From Eledone cirrhosa (Eukaryota), in assembly GCA_964016885.1 (NCBI GenBank), contig OZ024766.1:20336001-20400000 (forward strand): DNA of 64,000 nt, written 5' to 3'. The number at the start of each line of letters is the position of its first letter. Position 1 is the stretch's first letter. Below, piece by piece: positions 25,768 to 40,770 of this stretch. The position numbers and the translations under genes are program-made. The notes beneath the pieces are model-generated. The model was not told the DNA's origin. It saw only the letters and a program-made list of their open reading frames with translations, and ran no database searches.

Positions 25768-28700
25768 CAACAACCACAACACCAACACCCACAACAACAA
25801 CACCCACAACAACACCAACACCAACAACAACAACAACACCACAACAACAACACCCACAACACCCACAACAACAACAACAACCACAACACCACAACAACAA
25901 CCACAACACCCACAACAACAACAACACCCACAACACCCACAACAACAACAACAACCACAACACCACAACAACAACAACCACAACACCCACAACAACAACA
26001 ACACCCACAACACCCACAACAACAACACCACAACAACAACAACAACACAACAACAACAACACCCACAACAACCACAACACCCACAACAACAACAACAACC
26101 ACACCACCACAACAACAACAACAACCACAACACCCACAACAACAACACCCACAACACCCACAACAACAACAACAACAACAACACCACAACAACAACAACA
26201 CCCACAACAACCACAACACCCACAACACCCACAACAACAACAACAACAACAACACCACAACAACAACAACACCACAACAACAACAACACCCACAACAACC
26301 ACAACACCCACAACAACAACAACAACCACAACACCACAACAACAACAACACCAACAACACCAACAACCACAACACCAACAACACCCACACCAACAACACC
26401 CACAACAACCACAACACCCACAACACCCACAACAACAACAACAACCACAACACCACAACAACAACAACCACAACACCAACAACAACAACAACAACAACAC
26501 CACAACAACAACAACACCCACAACAACAACACCACCAACAACAACAACACCACCCACAACACCAACAACACCAACAACACCCACACCAACAACAACACCA
26601 CCAACACCAACAACACCAACAACACCAACCACAACAACCACAACCACAACAACAACAACACCAACAACAACCACAACACCAACAACAACAACACCAACAA
26701 CACCAACACCCACAACAACACCCACAACAACACCAACAACACCAACACCCACAACAACACCACCAACAACACCCACAACAACAACAACAACAACACCACA
26801 ACAACAACAACACCACCAACAACAACAACACCACCCACAACACCAACAACACCAACAACACCAACAACACCACAACAACCACACCAACAACAACACCAAC
26901 AACACCACCAACACCAACAACACCAACAACACCAACCACAACAACCACAACCACAACAACAACACCAACAACAACCACAACACCAACAACAACAACACCA
27001 ACAACACCAACACCCACAACAACACCAACAACAACAACACCAACAACACCAACACCCACACCAACACCCACAACAACACCACCAACAACACCCACAACAA
27101 CAACACCAACACCAACAACAATCACAACAACACCAACACCAACAACACCAACAACACCACCAACAACACCCACAACAACAACAACACCAACACCAACAAC
27201 ACCCACAACAACACCCACAACAACACCAACAACACCCACAACAACACCACCAACACCAACAACAACCACACCACCAACACCAACAACAACAACAACAACA
27301 ACACCCACAACAACACCAACAACAACCACACCACCAACACCAACAACACCAACACCAACAACACCAACAACCACAACAACAACCACAACACCAACACAAC
27401 AACACCAACAACAACACCACCAACACCCACAACAACCACAACACCACCAACAACACCAACACCAACACCCACAACAACAACCACAACAACAACCACCAAC
27501 ACCACCAACAACACCAACAACACCACCAACAACACCAACAACCACAACAACAACAACCACAACAACCCCCACAACAACAACACCAACCACAACACCCACA
27601 ACACCAACACACACCCACCAACAACACCAACAACCACAACAACCACAACAACAACCCCCACAACAACAACAACAACCACAACACCCACACACCAACAACA
27701 ACCACAACAACCCCCACAACACCAACACCACCAACACCACAACCACACAACAACAACACCAACACCACAACACCAACAACAACCACAACACCACCACCAA
27801 CAACAACACAACAACAACAACACCCACAACAACCACAACAACACCAACAACAACACCAACACCAACACCAACAACACCCACAACACCAACAAGAACCACA
27901 ACACCAACAACCACAACAACCACAACACACAACAACAACAACCACAACAACACCCACAACACCAACAACACCAACACCAACAACAACCCCCACACCACCA
28001 ACAACCACAACACAACAACACCACCAACAACACCAACAACACCAACAACAACAACACCACCCACAAACACCACCCACAACACCAACAACGACCAACACCA
28101 ACAACACCAACACCAACAACCACACCAACAACCCCAACCACAACAACACCAACACCACCAACACCAACACCAACACCCACAACACCAACAACACCAACAC
28201 CAACAACCACACCAACACCACCAACAACACCCACAACACCAACACCCACAACAACACCCAACAACACCCACAACAACACCACCAACACCAACAACAACCA
28301 CACCACCAACACCAACAACAACAACAACAACACCCACAACAACACCAACAACAACCACACCACCACACCAACAACACCAACACCAACCACACCAACAACC
28401 ACAACAACAACCACAACACCAACAACAACAACACCAACAACAACACCACCAACACCCACAACAACCACAACACACCAACAACACCAACACCAACACCCAC
28501 AACAACAACCACAACAACAACCACCAACACCACCAACAACACCAACAACACCACCAACAACACCAACAACCACAACAACAACAACCACAACAACCCCCAC
28601 AACAACAACAACAACCACAACACCACAACACCAACAACAACCAACAACACACCAACAACCACAACAACCACAACAACAACCCCCCACAACAACAACAACA

Positions 28701-29696
28701 ACCACAACACCCACAACACCAACAACAACCACAACAAACCCCCACAACACCAACACCACCAACACCAACAACACCAACAACCACAACAACAACACCACAA
28801 CCACAACACCAACAACAACCACAACACCACCACCAACAACAACACAACAACAACAACACCCACAACAACCACAACAACACCAACAACAACACCAACAACA
28901 ACACCAACAACACCCACAACACCAACAAGAACCACAACACCAACAACCACAACAACCACAACACCAACAACAACAACCACAACAACACCACAACACCAAC
29001 AACACCAACACCAACAACAACCCCCACACCACCAACAACCACAACAACAACAACACCACCAACAACACCAACAACACCAACAACAACAACACCACCCACA
29101 ACACCAACAACACCAACACCAACAACAACACCAACAACAACCACAACCACAACAACACCAACCACAACACCAACAACACCACCAACACCAACAACACCAC
29201 CAACAACACCCACAACAACAACACCAACACCCACAACAACAACACCCACAACAACAACAACACCACCAACAACACCAACCACAACAACACCAACCACAAC
29301 ACCAACAACAACCACAACCACAACAACACCAACCACAACACCAACAACACCACCAACACCAACAACACCACCAACAACACCACCAACAACAACACCAACA
29401 ACACCAACAACAACAACACCAACAACACCAACAACACCAACAACAACAACAACAACACCAACAACAACAACAACACACAACAACACCAACAACAACACCA
29501 ACACCAACAACACCAACAACAACAACAACACCAACAACACCAACAACAACACCAACACCAACAACACCAACAACAACACCAACACCCACAACACCAACAA
29601 CACAACACCCACAACACCAACACCAACAACCACAACAACAACCACAACAACCACAACAACACCAACAACAACACCAACAACCACAACCACAACAAC
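25768..29696. repeat. ~3.9-kb C/A-only (CAA/CAC) cryptic simple repeat
   Basis: Almost no G or T on the plus strand. Confidence 0.95.
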
Positions 29697-29700
29697 TCAC

Positions 29701-30309
29701 CTGGGCAGCCATAGGTAAAGTTGGTTTATTGCAAGAATTCGCCGGGGGGAAGCTGTCGGCGACCGGGACCGCCCGGCGCTCCCCGACGGCGACGGGGGCG
29801 GCGGGTGCCGGCGGCCAGCTCGTGCAGATCTTCCAGGGGAACGCCGTCTCCGCTTCCGCCCCTCTGGAGCACAGCCGCCGCCGCCGCCGCCGCGGAGGAG
29901 GAGGAGGCGGTGGGGAGGGGCGGAAGCGGAGGGGGAGGCGGTGGGTAGCCGGCGCCGGTGCCGGAGGCGGTGGCGGTGGTGGTGGTTACTCCTCCGCCGC
30001 TGCAGTACCTGGCCCCGCAGGCAACCCCTTGTCCGCCTGCTCCGCCGGGCGGGCCGAGCGCTGGGCTGCTGCCAGCCGCCGCCGTCGCCGTCGCCGTGGC
30101 AACAACTCCAGCTGCCGCGGCAGGAGATGGAGTCAGCGACGACGGCGACGAAGACGAGGATGGTGGCGGCGGCGGTGATGAAACCCCTGGGGCAGGAGCC
30201 GTGCACGCTCTACCGGTTACACCAACAACGCCAGCCTTATGACCCAGGGCAGCGTGTTTCTCTTTCAGAGCTGGGATCCACTCCGATGTCCGGTTGGTTG
30301 GTGAGTTTC
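29701..30309 (-). CDS. USP19: USP19-like exon 9, GC-rich low-complexity linker; contains an apparent 1-nt frameshift
   Basis: tag|GA acceptor and CAG|gtgagt donor. The entry frame (NSPTNRTSEW...) hits TAA at 29726-29728, and the exit frame (...PMAAQ) is shifted by 1. Confidence 0.68.
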
Positions 30310-30319
30310 CTACAACACA

Positions 30320-32575
<2,256 letters not shown>

Positions 32576-33346
32576 AGATAGATAGATAGATAGATAGAAA
32601 TATGTAAGAACCTATGTTAAGTTATGTTCCACTAGAAATATGTAAGAACCTTTGTTAAGTTATGTTCCACTAGAAATATGTAAGAACCTTTGGTAAGTTA
32701 TGTTCCACTAGAAATATGTAAGAACCTTTGTTAAGTTATGGTCCATTAGAAATATGGTAATGAAAGGGTTAAAGTGTTTATATTTATGTCAGAACCTTTG
32801 TTAAGTTATGTTCCATTAGAAATATGGTAATGAAAGGGTTAAAGTGTTTATATTTATGCAAGAACCTTAGTTAAGTTATGCTCCATTAGAAATATGGTAA
32901 TGAAAGGGTTAAAGTGTTTATATTAATGTAAGAACCTTTGTTAAGTTATGCTCCATTAGAAATATGGCAATGAAAGTGTTAAAGTGTTTATATTTATGCA
33001 AGAACCTTTGTTAAGTTATGTTCCATTAGAAATATGGTAATGAAAGGGTTAAAGTGTTTATATTTATGTAAGAACCTTTGTTAAGTTATGTTCCATTAGA
33101 AATATGGTAATGAAAGGGTTAAAGTGTTTATATTTATGTAATAACCTCCTTGGTTAAGTTATGTTCCATTAGAAATATGGTAATGAAAGGGTTAAAGTAT
33201 TTATATTTATCTAAAAACCCATAATTTCATACAAGCACCTTTGTTAAGTTATATTCCAAACACCATAGACAGACAGTGTCTTTCACACACACACACACAC
33301 ACAGAGACCAGTTGTCCTTTCTGAATAAACAAAACGCAGGACTTAC

Positions 33347-33462
33347 TTTTCTGGAGTGGCACTTCAAGGGCACCCCACATTAAGGACTCCTTCTTCGTGA
33401 CGGTGACCTCAATATATGAACTTGTGATTTGGTACTTACACAACACTGGCAGAATTTCATGT
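33347..33462 (-). CDS. USP19: USP19-like exon 8, CS2 end (HEILPVLC...WGALEVPLQK)
   Basis: cag|A...AAAA|gtaagt, phase 2-1; WGxLE motif. Confidence 0.87.
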
Positions 33463-33544
33463 CTGGTTAAAATAGAGAGAAAGAAGGGGCAGAAAAAATG
33501 AAAATGGTGGAGGTTGGTTGTGTTTGGTTGGTAGGGTGGTGGGC

Positions 33545-34932
33545 AAACACCACTACCACCATCACCACAACAACACTACACCACCACCATCATCACCAAC
33601 ACTACACCACACCACAAACAACAACACTGCCATCACCACTACCACCAACACCACTACCACAACTACACCACACCACACCACAAACAACAACACTGCCCTC
33701 ACCACTACCACAACTACACCACACCACACCACAAACAACAACACTACCACCATCATAACTACCACTAACACCACTACCACAATCACCACAACAACACTAC
33801 ACCATCATCATCACCAACAACACTACACCACACCACAAACAACAACACTGCCGCCACCACTACCACAACTACACCACACCACACCACAAACAACAACACT
33901 ACCACCATCATCACTACCACTAACACCACTACCACCATCACCACAACAACAACACCATCATCATCATCACAAACAACACCACAAACAACAACACTGCCCT
34001 CACCACTACCACCAACACCACTACCACAACTACACCACACCACACCACACCACAAACAACAACACTACCACCATCATCACTACCACTAACACCACTACCA
34101 CCATCACCACAACAACAACACCATCATCATCACAAACAACACCACAAACAACAACACTGCCCTCACCACTACCACCAACACCACTACCACAACTACACCA
34201 CACCACACCACAAACAACAACACTACCACCATCATCACTACCACTAACACCACTACCACCATCACCACAACAACAACACCATCATCATCATCACAAACAA
34301 CACCACAAACAACAACACTGCCCTCACCACTACCACCAACACCACTACCACAACTACACCACACCACACCACACCACAAACAACAACACTACCACCATCA
34401 TCACTACCACTAACACCACTACCACCATCACCACAACAACAACACCATCATCATCACAAACAACACCACAAACAACAACACTGCCCTCACCACTACCACC
34501 AACACCACTACCACAACTACACCACACCACACCACAAACAACAACACTACCACCATCATAACTACCACTAACACCACTACCACACTCACCACAACAACAC
34601 CACCACTACCACCATCACCAACAACACTACACCACACCACAAACAACAACACTGCCGCCACCACTACCACTAACACCACTACCACAACTACACCACACCA
34701 CACCACAAACAACAACACTACCGCCACCACTACCACAACTATCTACACCACTACCACAACTACATCACACCACAAACAATAACACTACCACCACCACTAC
34801 CACCATCATCACCAACACCACACCACCATCATCACTACCAACCACACCAACACCACCACCACCACCACCACCACACCAACAACAGTACGCTACTCCACAC
34901 CACACCACCACCAAACACCAAACAACAACAAC
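33545..34932. repeat. CAC/CAA/TAC low-complexity repeat with higher-order units
   Basis: Direct reading. Confidence 0.9.
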
Positions 34933-34938
34933 ACTTAC

Positions 34939-35010
34939 TTGACATTTATCTTCCAACAGAACTCCGTAGACTCTGTGGTCCCTGAGTGGAGATCAAGGAA
35001 TTTGGGGTCA
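34939..35010 (-). CDS. USP19: USP19-like exon 7, CS2 (DPKFLDLHSG...FCWKINV)
   Basis: cag|T...AA|gtaagt, phase 2-2; resembles USP19 FLxLH...FxW. Confidence 0.87.
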
Positions 35011-35302
35011 CTGGAAAAAGAAAGAAAGAACAAAAGTAAGGTAAAAATCACAGCTGAACCTTAACCATACATCTTAAACTGACCTAGGGCTAAACAACAA
35101 CAACAACAACAGCAGCAGTGGCACCTCCACGTCCACTTTACAGTGGAATGATAGGGACCCCAGTCCCTATCATCTCATTTCTACAGCTGAGTAAACTGGA
35201 GCAATATGAAATAAAGTGTCTTGCTCAAGGAAACAACACATCACCCGGTCTGAGAATTGAACTCACAACCTTTCGATTGCAAGGCCAATGCTCTAACCAT
35301 TA

Positions 35303-36495
35303 AGATGGTAGGGTAACATACATCCATGAGATTGGCTGGTCCTGCTTGGGGACCCAGCCAGATCAGTTGGAGACAGTTGCTTCTAACAGGACCCACTGGA
35401 AGGAATGTTTGAGGGCTCTTCACCCCCCACGACCTTCTCAGGACTAAGTGGGTAAAGAAGAAGGGTATATAGGGATGACACTGGTGCCAAGCTGTCTCTG
35501 TCTTTCCCTTGGATAACAACATATATTGCTGGGGGACAGATTTTACAGGAGACCCAGAGGTAGACCTGGAGCAAGATGGTAGGGTAACATCTATGAGCTT
35601 GGCTGGTCTTGCTTGGGGACCCAGTCAGATCAGTTGGAGACAGTTGCTTCTGACAGGACCCACTGCTAGGAGTGTTTGAGGGCTCTTCACCCACCGCGAC
35701 CTTCTCAGGACTAAGTGGGTAAAGAAGAAGGGTATATAGGGATGACACTGGTGCCAAGCTGTCTCTGTCTTTCCCTTGGATAACAACATGGTAGGGTAAC
35801 ATCCATGAGATAGGTTGGTCCTGCTTGGGGACCCAGACAGTTGCTTCTGACAGGACCCACTGCTAGGAGTGTTTGAGGACTCTTCACGCCCCACGACCTT
35901 CTCAGGACTAAGTGGGGACCCAGCCAGATCAGTTGGAGACTGTTGCTTCTGACAGGACCCACTGCTAGGAGTGTTTGAGGGCTCTTCACGCCCCACGACC
36001 TTCTCAGAACTAAGTGGGGACCCAGCCAGATCAGTTGGAGACAGTTGCTTCTGACAGGACCCACTGCTAGGAGTGTTTGAGGACTCTTCACGCCCCACGA
36101 CCTTCTCAGAACTAAGTGGGGACCCAGCCAGATCAGTTGGAGACAGTTGCTTCTGACAGGACCCACTGCTAGGAGTGTTTGAGGACTCTTCACCCCCCAC
36201 GACCTTCTCAGGACTAAGTGGGGACCCAGCCAGATCACTTGGAGACAGTTGCTTCTGACAGGACCCACTGCTAGGAGTGTTTGAGGACTCTTCACGCCCC
36301 ACGACCTTCTCAGGACTAAGTGGGGACCCAGCCAGATCAGTTGGAGACAGTTGCTTCTGACAGGACCCACTGCTAGGAGTGTTTGAGGACTCTTCACGCC
36401 CCCACGACCTTCTCAGTACTAAGTGGGGACCCAGCCAGATCAGTTGGAGACTGTTGCTTCTGACAGGACCCACTGCTAGGAGTGTTTGAGGGCCC
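35303..36495. repeat. Tandem repeat: longer ~240-270-bp units, then 102-bp units
   Basis: GACCCAGCCAGATCAGTTGG recurs at 102-bp spacing. Confidence 0.88.
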
Positions 36496-36537
36496 AGCCC
36501 CCACCACGGCCCTCTATTTAAAATAACTGATAGTCAC

Positions 36538-36638
36538 CTCGTCTGGAAAAATACGGTAACAAGTCTCGGCTTGAAGAAAACTTTCACACCATCCTGCTTG
36601 GTCTTGCGGACGTAGATGTGGGTTATGAAGGTCTCATT
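36538..36638 (-). CDS. USP19: USP19-like exon 6, CS2 (NETFITHIYVRK...VFFQT)
   Basis: cag|AAT...AG|gtgact, phase 0-2; resembles the USP19 HVYVK...FQT segment. Confidence 0.87.
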
Positions 36639-36667
36639 CTGGAATGGTTGAAGTTTGGGGAAGTTAG

Positions 36668-37500
36668 AGGTGGTGGTGGTGGTGGTGTTGGTGGTGGTGG
36701 TGGAGGAGGTGGTGGTGATGATGGTGGTGATGGTGGCGGTGGTGGTGATGATGGTGGTGATGATGGTGATGGTGGTGGTGGTGGAGGAGGTGGTGGTGTT
36801 GTTGGTGGTGTTGGTGGTGTTGGTGGTGGTGGTAATGGTGGTGGTGGTGGTGGTGGTAGTGGTGGTGATGATGGTAGGGGTGGTAATGGTGGTGGTGTTG
36901 GAGGTGGAAGTAGTGGTGGTGGTGGTGGGGTTGGTGGTAGTGGTGGTGGTGTTGGTGGTGATGGTTGTAGTGGTGGTGGTAATGGTTGTAGTGGTTGTAG
37001 TGGTGGTGGTGTTGGTGGTGGTGGAGGTGGTGATGGTGGTGATGATGGTGGAGGTGGTGATGGTGTTGATGGTGGTGTTGGAGGTGGAAGTAGTGGTGGT
37101 GGTGTTGGTGGTGGAGGTAGTGGTGTTGGTGGCAGTAGTGGTTGTAGTGGAGGTGTTGGTGTTGGTGTAGGTGATGGTGGTGGTGGAGGTGGTGATGGTG
37201 TTGGAAGTAGTGGTAGTGGTGGTGATGTAAGTAGGTGGAGGTGGTGGTGGTGTAGGTGGAGGAGGTGGTGGTGGAGGTGGTGATGGTGGAGGTGGTGATG
37301 TAAGTAGGTGGAGGTGGAGGTGTAGGTGGAGGAGGTGGTGGTGGTGATAGTGGTGGAGGTGGTGTAAGTAGTGGTGGTGATGGTGGAGGTGGTGATGTAA
37401 GTAGGTGGAGGTGGAGGTGGAGGAGGTGGTGGTGGAGGTGGTGTAAGTAGTGGTGGTGATGGTGGAGGTGGTGATGTAAGTAGGTGGAGGAGGTGATGAT
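36668..37500. repeat. (GGT)n-rich low-complexity tract
   Basis: Direct reading. Confidence 0.9.
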
Positions 37501-37526
37501 GAAAAAGAAATGGACAAGCCCCTAAC

Positions 37527-37594
37527 CTTTTCTATCCAGTCATGTTTGGTGTTTTCCAGGATATAACAGGTTTGCACAGGGTAAATCTCCATAC
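37527..37594 (-). CDS. USP19: USP19-like exon 5 (GMEIYPVQTCYILENTKHDWIEK)
   Basis: cag|GT...AAG|gttagg, phase 1-0; start of CS domain 2. Confidence 0.82.
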
Positions 37595-37611
37595 CTGGAA
37601 CATAGCAACAT

Positions 37612-37749
37612 GTGGTGGTAGTAGTGGTGGTGGTGGTGGTGGTGGTGGTAGTAGCAGTAGTAGTGGTAGTAGTAGTGGTGGTAGTAGTGGTGGTAGTGGT
37701 GGTGGTGGTGGTAGTAGCAGTAGTAGTGGTAGTAGTAGTGATGGTAGTA

Positions 37750-37780
<31 letters not shown>

Positions 37781-37783
37781 CAA

Positions 37784-37819
<36 letters not shown>

Positions 37820-37822
37820 CAA

Positions 37823-37876
<54 letters not shown>

Positions 37877-37924
37877 CAATAGTAGTAGTAGTAGTAGTAG
37901 TAGTAGTAGCAATAGTAGTAGCAA

Positions 37925-37957
<33 letters not shown>

Positions 37958-37996
37958 CAGTAGTAGTAGCAATAGTAGTAGTAGTAGTAGTAGCAA

Positions 37997-38037
<41 letters not shown>

Positions 38038-38194
38038 ATAGTAGTAGCAGTAGTAGTAGCAATAGTAGTAGTAGTAGTAGTAGTGGTAGTAGTAGTAGTA
38101 GTAGCAGTAGCAGTAGTAGTAGTAGTAGTAGCAGTAGTAGCAATAGTAGTAGTAGTAGTAGTGGTAGTAGTAGTAGTAGTAGTAGTAGTAGCAA

Positions 38195-38227
<33 letters not shown>

Positions 38228-38242
38228 CAGTAGTAGTAGCAA

Positions 38243-38281
<39 letters not shown>

Positions 38282-38296
38282 CAGTAGTAGTAGCAA

Positions 38297-38329
<33 letters not shown>

Positions 38330-38332
38330 CAA

Positions 38333-38364
<32 letters not shown>
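37612..38364. repeat. (AGT)n microsatellite
   Basis: Direct reading. Confidence 0.95.
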
Positions 38365-38429
38365 TACTATTGGCTCCAACATTTATCAAACATAATTTAC
38401 GTCCAACACTAATTACCTCCCTTTGAACG

Positions 38430-39255
38430 TAAAGTCATCCATTTTAAAGGGTTTCTATTTAAATGAAATCCCTCAAAAATTCTTCATTAACCCTTTTGAA
38501 ACAAACCCAGCCAAACCTCCCCTGGTTCTATGGAATAAAGTCACCCATTTTAAAGGGCTTCTATTTAAATGAAATCCCTCAAAATTCTTCATTAACCCTT
38601 TTGAAACCAACCCAGCCAAAACCTCCCCTGGTTCTATGAAATAAAGTCACCCATTTTAAAGGGTTTCTATTTAAATGAAATCCCTCAAAATTCTTCATTA
38701 ACCCTTTTGAAACTAAGCCAGCCAAAACCTCCCCTGGTTCTATGGAATAAAGTCACCCATTTTAAAGGGCTTCAATTTAAATGAAATCCCTCAAAATTCT
38801 TCATTAACCCTTTTGAAACAAACCCAGCCAAAACCTCCCCTGGTTCTATGGAATAAAGTCACCCATTTTAAAGGGCTTCAATTTAAATGAAATCCCTCAA
38901 AATTCTTCATTAACCCTTTTGAAACCAACCCAGCCCAAACCTCCCCTGGTTCTATGAAATAAAGTCACCCATTTTAAAGGGCTTCTATTTAAATGAAATC
39001 CCTCAAAATTCTTCATTAACCCTTTTGAAACAAACCCAGCCAAAACCTCCCCTGGTTCTATGGAATAAAGTCACCCATTTTAAAGGGCTTCTATTTAAAT
39101 GAAATCCCTCAAAATTCTTCATTAACCCTTTTGAAACCAACCCAGCCAAAACCTCCCCTGGTTCTATGAAATAAAGTCACCCATTTTAAAGGGTTTCTAT
39201 TTAAATTAAAACCTTCCAACATAATTTTATATAAGAACCTACTTTAAGTTACTTT
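38430..39255. repeat. ~106-bp minisatellite containing the MITE-like left end TTAACCCTTTTGAAAC
   Basis: TTAACCC recurs at 38487, 38592, 38698 and onward. Confidence 0.9.
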
Positions 39256-39303
39256 CTTAGTAATGAAATAATTAATGCTTTTAGTAAATCCCTCAAGATT
39301 CTT

Positions 39304-40122
39304 GTGATGTACTGGGTAGATTCTTCCTCTATATCTCTTTCTCACTTCCTCTCTATCATTCGAGGTTGATATAAAAGGTACCAGTGATGTACTGGGGTAG
39401 ATTCTTCCTCTCTATCATTCAAGGTAGATATAAAAAGTACCAGTGATGTACTGGGGTAGATTCTTCCTCTATATCTCTTTCTCACCCCCTCTCTATCATT
39501 CGAGGTTGATATAAAAGGTACCAGTGATGTACTGGGGTAGGTTCTTCCTCTCTATCATTCAAGGTAGATATAAAAAGTACCAGTGATGTACTGGGGTAGA
39601 TTCTTCCTCTATATCTCTTTCTCACCCCCTCTCTATCATTCGAGGTTGATATAAAAGGTACCAGTGATGTACTGGGGTAGATTCTTCCTCTCTATCATTC
39701 AAGGTAGATATAAAAAGTACCAGTGATGTACTGGGGTAGATTCTTCCTCTATATCTCTTTCTCACTTCCTCTCTATCTTTCGAGGTTGATATAAAAAGTA
39801 TCAGTGTTGTACTGGGGTAGATTCTTCCTCTATATCTCTCTCTCACTTCCCCTCTATCATTCGAGGTTGATATAAAAAGTACCAGGGATGTACTGGGGTA
39901 TATTCTTCCTCTATATCTCTTTCTCATTTCCTCTCTATCATTCGAGGTTGATATAAAAAGTACCAGTGATGTACTGGGGTAGATTCTTCCTCTATATCTC
40001 TCTCTCACTTCCTCTCTATCATTCGAAGTCGATATAAAAAGTACCAGTGATGTACTGGGGTAGGTTCTTCCTCTCTATCTTTTGAGGTTGATATAAAAAG
40101 TACCAGTGATGTACTGGGGTCG
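39304..40122. repeat. SINE-body-derived tandem repeat (AAAAGTACCAGTGATGTACTGGGGT), two unit lengths
   Basis: Direct reading; resembles the SINE body at 58525-58550. Confidence 0.82.
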
Positions 40123-40291
40123 GTATTTGCTCTGGAGAGAGATATAGGCTCCACCAAGAAACCCTGTATGTCAACACAGCCACCCTCACGACTCCCTCAA
40201 CAGTTACGGGACCACAACAACAACAACAACAAGAAGCAGAGAAGGTCTGTATGTACTGCCCCCCCCCCCCCCCCCCCCCCCGGAGACTTAC

Positions 40292-40406
40292 CAGGATCTT
40301 TGAAGGTGTTCTCAGCCTGACCGCAAGACAACTTGTCTGGAACATTCTGTAGGAGGCCAGCCTGGATACAGCCAGCAGTTCGCTGCTGGTCTTCACACCT
40401 GACGGC
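40292..40406 (-). CDS. USP19: USP19-like exon 4, linker (AVRCEDQQ...FKDP)
   Basis: cag|GCC...CCTG|gtaagt, phase 0-1, fits both neighbours. Confidence 0.8.
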
Positions 40407-40541
40407 CTGACAGGTGAGAGAAAAGGTGAGTGGAAGGATCAGTGAGTGACAGAGCACACGACGATGATGATGATGATGATGATGGTGGTGATAATAATGA
40501 TGACAGCAAAGGCAATAGCACAAGAATAGTGAGTGACCTAC

Positions 40542-40675
40542 CTCCAAAGACGCCCAGTGGCTCTGCACTTTCTTTCTAACAGTGAGTACCATGGAGTTTG
40601 AAGAGTCGGCCCATTCCATCTTGCAGTTGTTGGAGTCAATCTCACTGGTGAACGTTAGACTCCAAATCTTACCAT
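40542..40675 (-). CDS. USP19: USP19-like exon 3, CS domain 1 end (DGKIWSLTF...LTVRKKVQSHWASLE)
   Basis: tag|AT...GAG|gtaggt, phase 1-0; K...WxxLE end of CS domain. Confidence 0.88.
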
Positions 40676-40770
40676 CTAGAATAAATATTGTATATCAGGT
40701 AATAGGTTAGTATATATATATATATATATATATATATTGTATGTCAGGTAATAGGTTAGTATATATATAT

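Noticed and set aside
25735-29718. 1327-aa and 1316-aa ORFs
   Set aside because: A C/A-only repeat cannot contain stops, so all frames are open. It lies between canonical USP19 splice sites.
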